This document shows, in pieces, positions 1 through 8,135 of a stretch of DNA of 14,994 nucleotides (its first letter is position 1; the number at the start of each line of letters is the position of its first letter). The notes below the pieces were generated by a model. It searched no databases and was not told the DNA's origin. It saw nothing but the letters and a program-made list of their open reading frames with translations. The translations under genes were made by a program, and so were the position numbers. The stretch is from Planctomycetota bacterium (GTDB taxonomy: Bacteria > Planctomycetota > Planctomycetia > Pirellulales > Lacipirellulaceae), in the NCBI GenBank assembly GCA_039190745.1, contig JBCCXZ010000076.1, forward strand, positions 1 through 14,994, written 5' to 3'.

Positions 1-1299
1 CTCGAAGTGGCCGACGGCGTGTTCCGCGTCATCAGCACCAACGGCGACACGCACCTCGGCGGCGACGACTTCGACGAGGCGCTCATCAACCACGTCGCGG
101 CCGAGTTCCAGAAGGAGCAGGGCATCGACCTCCGCCAGGACCAGATGGCCCTGCAGCGGCTGCAAGAGGCGTGCGAGAAGGCCAAGAAGGAGCTCAGCAG
201 CGCGCAGTCGACCGACATTAACCTGCCGTTCATCACCGCCGACGCCAACGGGCCGAAGCACTTGCAGCTGAACATCACCCGCGCCGAGTTTGAGAAGCTG
301 GTCGACGACTTGGTCGAGCGCGCTCGCGGCCCGGTGCTTAAGGCGATGGACGACGCCAAGCTGAAGCCTTCGGAGATCGACGAGGTCGTGCTCGTCGGCG
401 GCAGCACCCGCATCCCCAAGGTGCAGGAAGTCGTCAAAGAGATCTTCGGCAAAGACCCCCACAAGGGCGTGAACCCCGACGAGGTGGTCGCCATCGGCGC
501 GGCCATCCAGGGCGGCGTCCTCTCGGGCGAGGTGCAGGACATCCTGCTGCTGGACGTCACCCCGCTCAGCCTCGGCATCGAGACCCTCGGCGGCGTGATG
601 ACCAAGCTCGTCGAGCGCAACACGACGATCCCCACCGAGCGGAAACAGGTCTTCAGCACCGCCGACGACAACCAGGGTGCGGTCACCGTCCGCGTGTTCC
701 AGGGCGAGCGCGAGATGTGCGCCGACAACCGGCTGCTCGACCAGTTCAACCTGGAGGGCATCCCGCCCGCGCCGCGGGGCGTGCCGCAGATCGAGGTCAA
801 GTTCGACATCGACGCCAACGGCATCCTCAACGTCGCGGCCAAGGACCTCGGCACGGGCAAGGAGCACACGATTAAGATCGAGCAGTCGAGCGGCCTCTCC
901 GAGGAAGAGATCGACCGCATGCAGAAAGACGCCGACGCCCACGCCGACGAGGACAAGAAGAAGCGTGAGCTGATCGAGGCCCGCAACGAGGCGGAGAGCC
1001 GCTGCTACCAGCTCGAGAAGATGATCAAGGAGCAGGGCGACAGCCTCAGCGACGTCGACAAGGGCTCGCTCGAAGCGGCGATCACCAAGGTCCGCGAGGC
1101 GGCGGGGGGCGAAGACGCCGACGCGATCAAGAGCGCCATCGGCGAGCTGGAGCAGGCCTCCCACGCGATGAGCGAAGCCCTCTACAAAGCCGCGGCCGCC
1201 GAAGGCGGCGACCCCGCGGCCGCGGGCGGCGAAGCCGGCGGCTCCGACCCCTCAGCCGACGACGACGCGATCGACGCGGAGTTCGAGGTGAAGAACTGA
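1..1299 (+). CDS. dnaK: Molecular chaperone DnaK (Hsp70), 5'-truncated by the window edge
   Basis: Frame is open from base 1 (LEVADGVF...). Hsp70 motifs [75 protein letters not shown] and C-terminal IDAEFE. TGA at 1297-1299. Confidence 0.99.
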   Translation, partial: LEVADGVFRVISTNGDTHLGGDDFDEALINHVAAEFQKEQGIDLRQDQMALQRLQEACEKAKKELSSAQSTDINLPFITADANGPKHLQLNITRAEFEKLVDDLVERARGPVLKAMDDAKLKPSEIDEVVLVGGSTRIPKVQEVVKEIFGKDPHKGVNPDEVVAIGAAIQGGVLSGEVQDILLLDVTPLSLGIETLGGVMTKLVERNTTIPTERKQVFSTADDNQGAVTVRVFQGEREMCADNRLLDQFNLEGIPPAPRGVPQIEVKFDIDANGILNVAAKDLGTGKEHTIKIEQSSGLSEEEIDRMQKDADAHADEDKKKRELIEARNEAESRCYQLEKMIKEQGDSLSDVDKGSLEAAITKVREAAGGEDADAIKSAIGELEQASHAMSEALYKAAAAEGGDPAAAGGEAGGSDPSADDDAIDAEFEVKN

Positions 1300-1416
1300 A
1301 CCCCACGTCAAGGCACCATCAGGGGACACTAGACAAGACCAACACTGTGAACGTGCTGAGAGGGATCTGCTGATAATTTCTTACTGATACGTCTTATCCT
1401 GCAGAGGCGGAGAGCT

Positions 1417-2400
1417 TTGCCAGTCGATCTTTCTAGGACGCTTGTGATCGGTGTCACGTCGAGTGCTCTGTTCGACATGACGGAGCCGAACCGTGTCTTC
1501 GAAGAGCAGGGTTTGGATGCGTACACTGAGTATCAGCTCAAACACGCCAACGATCCACTTCCGGCTGGCACGGGTCTGCCGCTTGTGAAGGCCGTATTGC
1601 GGCTCAACGAGGAGGCATCTGGCAATCCTAATTCGACTCGTCGCACAGATGTCGTTGTCGCGTCGAAGAATGACCCGTCAACTAGCGAGAGACTGTACCA
1701 CTCTATCGAGCACCATGGCCTCGACGGAATCCAGCGTTCGTTTCTGGTTGGTGGCCAGCCGGTAGCCCCATACCTTGGTGCTTTCTCTGTAGACTTGTTC
1801 CTCTCAACTTCGCACAGCGATGTTGAATCGGCTCTCGATGTCGGGATTCCAGCAGCCGTTGTGTATGCGGCACCAGAGAATCCGACGGAGGAGATAGACC
1901 AAATCAGAATAGCATTCGACGGCGATGCCGTGCTGTTTTCCGACGAGTCTGAGGCAATCTACAAGAAGTATGGTTTGGGCAGGTTTATCGAACACGAGAC
2001 TTCCAAGGCCAATGTGCCATTGCCTGAGGGGCCATTCTTCAAACTGCTGAAGGTCCTTTCATTCCTTCAGAATGATCCCGCTTACCTTGAGCGCCCACCT
2101 GTGCGTATTGCGCTTGTCACAGCTCGAAGCATGCCTTCCCACAAACGCGTGATCAAGACTCTCAAGCTCTGGGGTGTGAGAGTAGACGAAGCGTTCTTCA
2201 TGGGAGGTGTGCCGAAGACCAAGGTTCTCAGTGCCTTCAAACCACACATATTCTTTGATGATCAGGACGACCATTGTCAGCCGGCTTCTGTTGAGGTGCC
2301 GACTGCGCGCGTGCCAAACAACCTAACAGACCCGCAGCGCCAGCTATTTGCAGAAAGACCCGAAGAAGTAGGGGCTCTTGCCAGACGAGCACCCCGATGA
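1417..2400 (+). CDS. 5'-nucleotidase (HAD-type, cN-I/PF06189-like family)
   Basis: Motifs LVIGVTSSALFD, IRIAFDGDAVLFSDESE (HAD DxD), RIALVTAR, WGVRVDEAFFMGG, FKPHIFFDDQ. TTG start preceded by GGAG. GC about 52-57% in two hand-counted lines, visibly lower than dnaK/clpB. Confidence 0.9.
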   Translation: MPVDLSRTLVIGVTSSALFDMTEPNRVFEEQGLDAYTEYQLKHANDPLPAGTGLPLVKAVLRLNEEASGNPNSTRRTDVVVASKNDPSTSERLYHSIEHHGLDGIQRSFLVGGQPVAPYLGAFSVDLFLSTSHSDVESALDVGIPAAVVYAAPENPTEEIDQIRIAFDGDAVLFSDESEAIYKKYGLGRFIEHETSKANVPLPEGPFFKLLKVLSFLQNDPAYLERPPVRIALVTARSMPSHKRVIKTLKLWGVRVDEAFFMGGVPKTKVLSAFKPHIFFDDQDDHCQPASVEVPTARVPNNLTDPQRQLFAERPEEVGALARRAPR

Positions 2401-2455
2401 CTACCAGCAAGTGGCTCCGTAGACAAGCAATGGTGTGGGGGAAAGGTAGGGCAAA

Positions 2456-2513
2456 ATACCATTTCACTTCGACAAGCTTTCGATCAAGTCCCAGAAGGCC
2501 GTGCAGCGGTCGC
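2456..2513 (+). pseudogene. Decayed duplicate of the first 19 codons of clpB
   Basis: ATACCATTTCACTTCGACAAGCTTTCGATCAAGTCCCAGAAGGCCGTGCAGCGGTCGC matches clpB 3028-3085 at 49/58 nt without gaps. Translates IPFHFDKLSIKSQKAVQRS versus [22 protein letters not shown] is replaced by ATA. Confidence 0.92.
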
Positions 2514-2581
2514 TTCCGCTCCACGGCGTTCCCCGCCCTTGTTAACGCGTGGCTAAGTGAAGGTGCCTCGGCTGTGCTTGC

Positions 2582-2610
2582 TTGAAACCAGCCACTTATA
2601 GTGATAATAT
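2582..2610 (+). promoter_or_regulatory. Possible sigma70-type promoter facing clpB
   Basis: TTGAAA (2582-2587), N17, TAATAT (2605-2610) in an AT-rich patch about 420 nt upstream of clpB. Confidence 0.3.
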
Positions 2611-2990
2611 GTACAGTAATTTGAGCGCAGTGCGTAGATCGGTGATCAGACGTTAGGCGTAAGGAACAACGAAGCAGAAGGAGAATAGCCGCGATGCTAC
2701 GCATCGCTGGATGACCCGAGGGAAGCCCGCGCCTTCGAATCACGAACACGACACGAATGAACGTAAACGCAGAGCGTATTGACCAGCATCAACTCGATTC
2801 ACCCTCACGAATAAGGTGCAGCAAAGAACCCGGAGTCGACAAAACACCTGACTTATGTCCGCCGAGAGCGTGTTCCACGTGTTTCGCGCCAAAACGATCC
2901 AAGAAACCACGAGAAACCCCACGCGGACGCGGCCGTTTTGGCCTAACACGACGCCCGGCCGGTCGCCAGATGTCCCGACAGATCGGAGTT

Positions 2991-3027
2991 CCACTCACTA
3001 CCAACCACTCACCCCAACTTCACTTCT
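2991..3027 (+). repeat. Degenerate heptamer repeat in the clpB leader
   Basis: CCACTCA-CTACCAA-CCACTCA-CCCCAAC-TTCACTT directly before the ATG. G-free leader with no Shine-Dalgarno. Confidence 0.5.
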
Positions 3028-5670
3028 ATGCCATTCCGTTTCGACAAGCTGACGATCAAGGCCCAGGAGGCCGTGCAGCGGGCGCACGAGTTGGCGGCCG
3101 CGGCGGGCAATCCCCAGATCGACCCGCTGCACCTGCTCGCGGGCTTGTTGGACGAGAACGAAGGCGTGGTCCGGCCGCTGCTGGACAAGATCGGCGCCAA
3201 CCGCGACCAGCTCGCGCAGATCGTCGAGGCCGAGACGAAGCGGCTCGTCTCCTCCTCGGCGAGGAACCCGCCGCAGGTCTCCGCCGAGCTGGCCCGCGTG
3301 TTCGAGGCCGCTCAGCAGACCGCCGGAACGATGGGCGACGAATTCGTCTCCACCGAGCACCTGCTGCTGGCGCTCACCAAAGAGAAATCCTCCGCGCAGG
3401 ACACGCTGAAGCTCAACGCGATCGACGAGAAGGGCATCCTCGAAGCGCTACAGTCGGTCCGCGGTTCAGCCCGAGTGACCGATCAGAACCCCGAAGAGAA
3501 GTTCCAGGCGCTCGAGAAGTACGGCATCGACCTCGTCGCCCGCGCGGAGCAGGGCAAGCTCGACCCGGTAATCGGCCGCGACTCCGAGATCCGCCGTGTC
3601 GTGCAGGTCCTCTCTCGCCGCACGAAGAACAACCCCGTGCTGATCGGCGAACCCGGCGTCGGCAAGACGGCGATCGCCGAGGGGCTCGCCCTGCGGATCG
3701 TGCAGAGCGACGTGCCCGAGAGCCTGAAGAACAAGCGGGTGATCGCGCTCGACATGGGCGCCCTCATTGCAGGCACCAAGTTCCGCGGCGAGTTCGAGGA
3801 GCGGCTCAAGGCCGTGCTGCGCGAGGTGGAAGACTCGCAGGGCGCCGTGATCCTGTTCATCGACGAGCTGCACACCGTGGTCGGCGCCGGGGCGGCCGAG
3901 GGCGGCAACGACGCGGCCAACCTGCTCAAGCCGGCGCTCGCCCGCGGCGAGCTGCGGTGCATCGGCGCCACCACCCTCGACGAGTACCGCAAGTACATCG
4001 AGAAGGACGCGGCCCTCGAGCGGCGGTTCCAGCCGGTGATGGTCGGCGAACCGAGCGTCGAGGACACGATCGCGATCCTCCGCGGGCTCAAGCCGCGTTA
4101 CGAGGCTCACCACAAGGGCGTGCGGATCAAAGACTCAGCGCTGGTTGCCGCCGCGGAGCTCTCGCACCGTTACATTGCCGATCGGTTCCTGCCGGACAAG
4201 GCGATCGACCTGATGGACGAGGCCACGAGCCGGCTGGCGATGGAGCTGCAGAGCGTGCCAACCGAGATCGACGAGGTCCAGCGGCGGCTCGTGCAGCTGG
4301 AGCTCGCCGCGCGGCAGCTCGCCGAGGAGACCGAGGAGCACGCACAGCAGCGGCTGGCCGACGTGAACGCCGAAGCGGAAGATCTTCGCCGCGAGCTGGC
4401 CAACCTCCGCGAGCAGTGGGAGACGGAGAAGCTCGGCGTGGGCGACGTAGCTTCGGTGCGTGAGAAGCTTGAGCGGGCAACGCATGAGTACCAGAAGCAG
4501 GCCGCCGCGATCAACGACCGGCAATCCAGCGGCGAGCCGGTGACCGAGGACCAGTACCAGGCGCTATACGAGCTCGACACGCAGCGGAAGAACCTGGAAG
4601 CGCAGCTCGCGAAGATCGAGGCCGACTCGCCCGCCGCGGACGCGGAGGAGCCGACCGGACGCCGGCTGCTGCGGCAGGAGGTGGGGCCTGAGGAGATCGC
4701 CGAGGTGGTGAGCGCTTGGACCGGCGTGCCGGTCACCCGGATGATGGAGACCGAGCGGGCCAAACTGCTGGTGCTGGAAGAGCGACTGCACCAGCGGGTC
4801 GTGGGGCAAGACGAGGCCGTGGCCGCGGTCGCGAACGCCGTGCGCCGCAGCCGCAGCGGCCTGCAGGACCCCAACCGGCCGATCGGCTCGTTCCTCTTCT
4901 GCGGCCCGACCGGCGTGGGCAAGACCGAGCTGTGCAAGGCATTGGCCGAGACGCTGTTCGACGATGAGAACTCGATGGTGCGGATCGACATGAGCGAGTT
5001 CATGGAGAAGCACACTGTGAGCCGGCTTATCGGGGCGCCCCCGGGCTACGTGGGTTACGAGGAGGGGGGCAAGCTCACCGAAGCGGTGCGGCGGCGGCCG
5101 TACTCGGTCGTGCTGCTCGACGAGATCGAGAAGGCCCACCCGGACGTGTTCAATATCCTTCTGCAGGTGCTCGACGACGGCCGGCTGACCGACAACCACG
5201 GCCACACGGTGGACTTCACCAACACGATTGTGGTGATGACTTCCAACGTCGGCAGTCAGCTGATCCAGCAGGTGACCGAAGAAGGCGGCTCCGAAGAAGA
5301 ACTACAGAACGCTCTGCAAGAAAGCCTGCGAGCTCGGTTCCTGCCGGAGTTTTTGAACCGAATCGACGAGACGATCGTGTTCCACCCGTTGTCGCGGGAT
5401 CAGGTTTCGCGGATCGTCGACATCCAGCTCGACCACCTGTCCAAGCTGCTCGAAGCAAAGGGGCTGCAACTGGTGGTGACCGGCAGGGCGCGGGCCCGGA
5501 TCGCGGCGGACGGGTACGACCCGGCGTACGGCGCCCGGCCGGTGAAGCGGGTGCTGCAGCAGTCGGTGCAAAACCCGCTGGCGACGGAGCTGCTGAAGGA
5601 AGAGTACCCGGAAGGGGCGACCGTGGAGGTCGGCTTCGACGGGGATGGGTTTACCTTCGGTAAAATCTAA
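3028..5670 (+). CDS. clpB: ATP-dependent disaggregase ClpB
   Basis: Clp N-domain, [10 protein letters not shown], Walker [20 protein letters not shown], Walker B LFIDELH, long coiled-coil M domain, second AAA module GPTGVGKTE / [11 protein letters not shown] / [13 protein letters not shown] / [14 protein letters not shown]. 880 aa. Confidence 0.98.
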   Translation: MPFRFDKLTIKAQEAVQRAHELAAAAGNPQIDPLHLLAGLLDENEGVVRPLLDKIGANRDQLAQIVEAETKRLVSSSARNPPQVSAELARVFEAAQQTAGTMGDEFVSTEHLLLALTKEKSSAQDTLKLNAIDEKGILEALQSVRGSARVTDQNPEEKFQALEKYGIDLVARAEQGKLDPVIGRDSEIRRVVQVLSRRTKNNPVLIGEPGVGKTAIAEGLALRIVQSDVPESLKNKRVIALDMGALIAGTKFRGEFEERLKAVLREVEDSQGAVILFIDELHTVVGAGAAEGGNDAANLLKPALARGELRCIGATTLDEYRKYIEKDAALERRFQPVMVGEPSVEDTIAILRGLKPRYEAHHKGVRIKDSALVAAAELSHRYIADRFLPDKAIDLMDEATSRLAMELQSVPTEIDEVQRRLVQLELAARQLAEETEEHAQQRLADVNAEAEDLRRELANLREQWETEKLGVGDVASVREKLERATHEYQKQAAAINDRQSSGEPVTEDQYQALYELDTQRKNLEAQLAKIEADSPAADAEEPTGRRLLRQEVGPEEIAEVVSAWTGVPVTRMMETERAKLLVLEERLHQRVVGQDEAVAAVANAVRRSRSGLQDPNRPIGSFLFCGPTGVGKTELCKALAETLFDDENSMVRIDMSEFMEKHTVSRLIGAPPGYVGYEEGGKLTEAVRRRPYSVVLLDEIEKAHPDVFNILLQVLDDGRLTDNHGHTVDFTNTIVVMTSNVGSQLIQQVTEEGGSEEELQNALQESLRARFLPEFLNRIDETIVFHPLSRDQVSRIVDIQLDHLSKLLEAKGLQLVVTGRARARIAADGYDPAYGARPVKRVLQQSVQNPLATELLKEEYPEGATVEVGFDGDGFTFGKI

Positions 5671-5674
5671 GGTT

Positions 5675-5736
5675 GAAGATTCAAGATTGCAGATCGCTTT
5701 GTGTCTGATTTCTGCAATCTGCAATCTGCAATCTTC
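5675..5736. terminator. Heptamer-built inverted repeat between convergent genes; probable bidirectional terminator or stabiliser
   Basis: GAAGATTCAAGATTGCAGA (5675-5693) pairs 17/19 with TCTGCAATCTGCAATCTTC (5718-5736). The right side is a tandem (TCTGCAA)x3 at 5711-5731. Confidence 0.65.
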
Positions 5737-5749
5737 GATCTGAGGTTCC

Positions 5750-5941
5750 CTACCTGTCCGCTTCGTTGAGTTCCCAGCGTTCGATGAGCTCCTCGGCTCC
5801 GGGGGTCATCTCTCGGAGTTTGCGGGCGATCTCGACCTTCTCGCTCGCGGTGGCCTTCTTGAGCCGGCCCTTGAGCTTGGTGAGCTGCACGCGACGCTTG
5901 GTCCTCCGCTTGATTTCTTTTTGACGCTCGCTGCAACCCAC
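5750..5941 (-). CDS. Small basic conserved protein (resembles planctomycete DUF6800 family)
   Basis: 63 aa, K/R-rich (SERQKEIKRRTKRR...EIARKLREMTPGAEELIERW). GTG start with AAGGAG RBS (5948-5953) and its own promoter. Family assignment is from memory. Confidence 0.85.
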   Translation of the reverse strand: MGCSERQKEIKRRTKRRVQLTKLKGRLKKATASEKVEIARKLREMTPGAEELIERWELNEADR

Positions 5942-5984
5942 GGTGGTCTCCTTGGTTCGATTGGGGATTGGTTGCGAATCGCGG

Positions 5985-6014
5985 AGTTTACCCGGCGGCG
6001 GCGGGGGGCGTCAA
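5985..6014 (-). promoter_or_regulatory. Sigma70-type promoter of the small basic protein gene
   Basis: Minus strand TTGACG (6014-6009), N18, TAAACT (5990-5985), 44 nt upstream of the GTG. Confidence 0.65.
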
Positions 6015-6330
6015 CGAATGGGGCCGTGAGCCGTTGGCGGTGAGCTTTTTTGGCAGCTGTGGGGCGGGTTTGCTCTGGCGGGACAGAACGGGGTGGTTTT
6101 GGCGGGGCGTGGTGTGGGTCTACCAGCGACTCGTAGAGTCGCGGCTAGTTGTGGGTGGACAGAACTCGGCGGGTTTAGGCGGTTTGGGGTTTGCAGAAGT
6201 CGATCGGTTTTGGCGGGCTAAGTCGTACGTAGGGATGGAATTCTCGGGGTTCTTGGTGGGCCGGAAGGGCAAAAGTGTTGGGGGTTTTGCTGCGGCTGGC
6301 TTGTGGTTTGTGGACAGAAGGGAGGGCTCT

Positions 6331-6354
6331 CGCAAAGGCGCTAAGGCACAAAGG
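6331..6354 (+). repeat. Octamer tandem repeat
   Basis: CGCAAAGG-CGCTAAGG-CACAAAGG. Confidence 0.6.
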
Positions 6355-6484
6355 GGGCGCCGCCCGGGCACGCTGGCCGGTCCTTGTTGTCGGGGTGGGT
6401 TTTCAAAGAGCTTTAGGAATCTTGTCGGTATGCAGTATATCTGTACAGGTGTCCATTTTCAAGGTGCGGCGGGCAGATCGTGTT

Positions 6485-6553
6485 GGGTGGCACTGGCGTC
6501 TCGCCGGTGTGAACTCAGTTGGGCGCAGCACTGGCAAGATGCCAGTGCGCCCC
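6485..6553. repeat. Inverted REP-like doublet, family A copy 1
   Basis: GGGTGGCACTGGCGTCTCGCCGGTG (6485-6509) and CACTGGCAAGATGCCAGTGCGCCCC (6529-6553). Each unit is palindromic and the two are mutually inverted. Confidence 0.85.
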
Positions 6554-6558
6554 GAGGG

Positions 6559-6699
6559 TTAACCGAACGGGTCAACGAGCTTGACGCCGGCGTGCTGGAA
6601 GTCGGCGGTGTAGCGGATTGCGACTGTGAGGCCGTGTTGCTTGGCGGCGGCGATGAGGCTGTCTTTGAGGGACATCGTCCGACCGTCCCTCTTGAGATT
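6559..6699 (-). pseudogene. C-terminal remnant of a PIN-domain (VapC-like) toxin
   Basis: Minus strand reads NLKRDGRTMSLKDSLIAAAKQHGLTVAIRYTADFQHAGVKLVDPFG*, matching the VapC C-terminal pattern D-x-LIAATA-xx-HGLTVATRN-xx-DF-xxx-GV-xxx-DPF. The N-terminal two-thirds and an antitoxin are not recognisable. Confidence 0.8.
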
Positions 6700-6951
6700 G
6701 CCAGGCCTGCGAATGGGAGTCACGAGGAAAGCTGTCTGCATCAGCGCATGGGGACAGCAAGCTGCTACACAAGGTCGGGCCGAGAAGACGCGGGCCCATA
6801 GAATCAGCCGATAGAATCGGGCCGAGCATCGGCGGCCCGTCGGGCTGTGGTAAAGGGCTCGCCTGCCGCAGTGGCTCGGAGGCGTGTGAGCGCTCCGAAC
6901 GCACGGCGGCAAGACGAGCTATCAACCAAGCACAGCGAATCCACCCCGCGA

Positions 6952-7004
6952 TGGTCACGACCCGCTGCCGTGCGCTGCTGACAACGCCGCGGGATTCGTG
7001 ACCA
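6952..7004. terminator. Imperfect hairpin downstream of the PEP-CTERM gene
   Basis: TGGTCACGA-CCCGC ... GCGGG-AT-TCGTGACCA, about 50 nt after the stop codon. No U-tract. Confidence 0.3.
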
Positions 7005-7055
7005 CCGTCTTCGCTGTGCGTGGGGAGACCTAGTCTTCGATCCTCGGAGGTTCTT

Positions 7056-7952
7056 CTACGGACGGACAGGACGCCGCCCAACGAGCAGCCCGGCCAGGCT
7101 CAACAGCATCAGCGACGTGGGCTCGGGGACGCCGGTGACCTCCGCGAAGGAGGTCGCGATCCGGATCTCGTCGTACCAGCCCGTGAAGTTGCCCGCGAAG
7201 AAGTTGTTGAAGCGTACGATCGAGATGTCGCTGATATCGCCATTGAACGACGTGTTCAAGATCGCGACGTCGTTGTCGTTGAGGTTCGCCGGGTCGGGGT
7301 TGACGTATAGGTCAAACAGGTCGTTGTCGAGGTCGACCTCGAGGACGATGAAATCGGCGGTCTCCGAGGACGCGACGGCCGACGTCTCGGCGTCGTCGAC
7401 TCCGTCGAGGCCCGTGTCGATCAGTTCACCGTTGCCCGGGGCGTCGAATTCGAGGTCGTTGTCGTACACGCCGACGACCAGTTCCTCTGCGACCGCGGTG
7501 TTGTTGCCGCTGCTCAGGAACGGGAGATTCGGGGCCGGGGCATCGTCGAATGCGATGGCGGTGTCTTGGAATCCGCCGTCCGAGGCGACCTGGAGCCAAC
7601 CGATCCAGATCACGCCGGAGTTGAGGGTCTGGCCTAGCGACCCTGAGTAGATGAGTTGGTCGCTGCCTCCGGTGATGTAGGCGACGGCGCTGTTGCCGCT
7701 GGTGGCGACCGAGTTGCCGTTCTTGGAGAAGGTCAGCGAGCCGGCGCCGACTTCCCACTGCGGAAGATCGCCCCCGCCACTTTGGTCAACCTGCACCTGG
7801 GGCGTCCAAGCGCTGCCGCTCGACGCGGAGAGCTCGCCCGTGCCGTAGTCGAATCCTTCGTAGAACAGAACCGCGGCGTCGACAGACGCCGCCGCCATGG
7901 CCAGCGTCGCGACGCAGGCAAAAAGTTGTAAGCAGAACCAGTTGCGTCTAAT
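7056..7952 (-). CDS. PEP-CTERM sorting-domain secreted/surface protein
   Basis: C-terminus DEIRIATSFAEVTG-VPEPTS-LMLLSLAGLLVG-RRPVRP (PEP, TM helix, Arg cluster). Acidic body beginning AVLFYEGFDY. The ORF track starts at ATG 7898, but the frame extends to ATT 7952, which completes a signal peptide. Start is uncertain. Confidence 0.93.
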   Translation of the reverse strand: MRRNWFCLQLFACVATLAMAAASVDAAVLFYEGFDYGTGELSASSGSAWTPQVQVDQSGGGDLPQWEVGAGSLTFSKNGNSVATSGNSAVAYITGGSDQLIYSGSLGQTLNSGVIWIGWLQVASDGGFQDTAIAFDDAPAPNLPFLSSGNNTAVAEELVVGVYDNDLEFDAPGNGELIDTGLDGVDDAETSAVASSETADFIVLEVDLDNDLFDLYVNPDPANLNDNDVAILNTSFNGDISDISIVRFNNFFAGNFTGWYDEIRIATSFAEVTGVPEPTSLMLLSLAGLLVGRRPVRP

Positions 7953-8106
7953 GAGCGGACACCTTGCGGGTGATCGCTAAGGGCGTTGGACTCGGCGCCA
8001 CACAATCGTGGAGACCTGACTCCGAATGGAGCCCATCGCGATAGGAAAAGAACAGAAAGGACTGGATAAGTGGGGCACGGAGGCCTTTTGCATCAACGTT
8101 TAGGCT

Positions 8107-8135
8107 ATGATAGTCGCCGATTTTAGCGATTGCAA
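8107..8135 (-). promoter_or_regulatory. Sigma70-type promoter of the PEP-CTERM gene
   Basis: Minus strand TTGCAA (8135-8130), N17, TATCAT (8112-8107). Confidence 0.6.

Noticed and set aside
2397..2585. 62-aa ORF overlapping the nucleotidase stop (ATGA), suggesting a coupled partner gene
   Set aside because: Its middle is the clpB-start relic read out of frame, so it is unlikely to be a real protein. No recognisable motif.
1299..2923. 9-bp direct repeat AACCCCACG (1299-1307, 2915-2923) roughly bounding the lower-GC region, as a possible target-site duplication
   Set aside because: Short enough to arise by chance, with no terminal inverted repeats or transposase. The clpB relic explains the region better.
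2520..3027. CIRCE (HrcA) or sigma32 heat-shock element upstream of clpB
   Set aside because: No TTAGCACTC-N9-GAGTGCTAA found. CTTGAAA at 2581 lacks a CCCCAT -10 partner.
2757..5724. Long alternative-frame and antisense ORFs over clpB (e.g. 2757-4463, 4170-5015), and similar ones over dnaK, recQ, pstS and the oxidoreductases
   Set aside because: R/P/A/S-rich shadow ORFs expected from high-GC codon bias, fully overlapping well-supported genes.
6190..6256. Patchy inverted similarity to 2823-2900 (AAGAACCC.GAG, GACTTA..CCGCC, CGCCAAAAC.GATC)
   Set aside because: Only short words with inconsistent spacing in compositionally skewed DNA. Not alignable by eye as a true repeat.
6434..6455. TGTAC-AGGT-GTCCA / CTGTACAG palindrome as a LexA-like operator (TGTACAG also at 2610-2616)
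   Set aside because: Imperfect, too short, and with no adjacent credible target gene. I cannot confirm the motif for this lineage.
5968..6801. 277-aa plus-strand ORF and 83-aa minus-strand ORF (6120-6371)
   Set aside because: They run through a promoter, REP repeats and the antisense of the vapC relic. Their composition reflects the local G/T skew, and no domain is recognisable.
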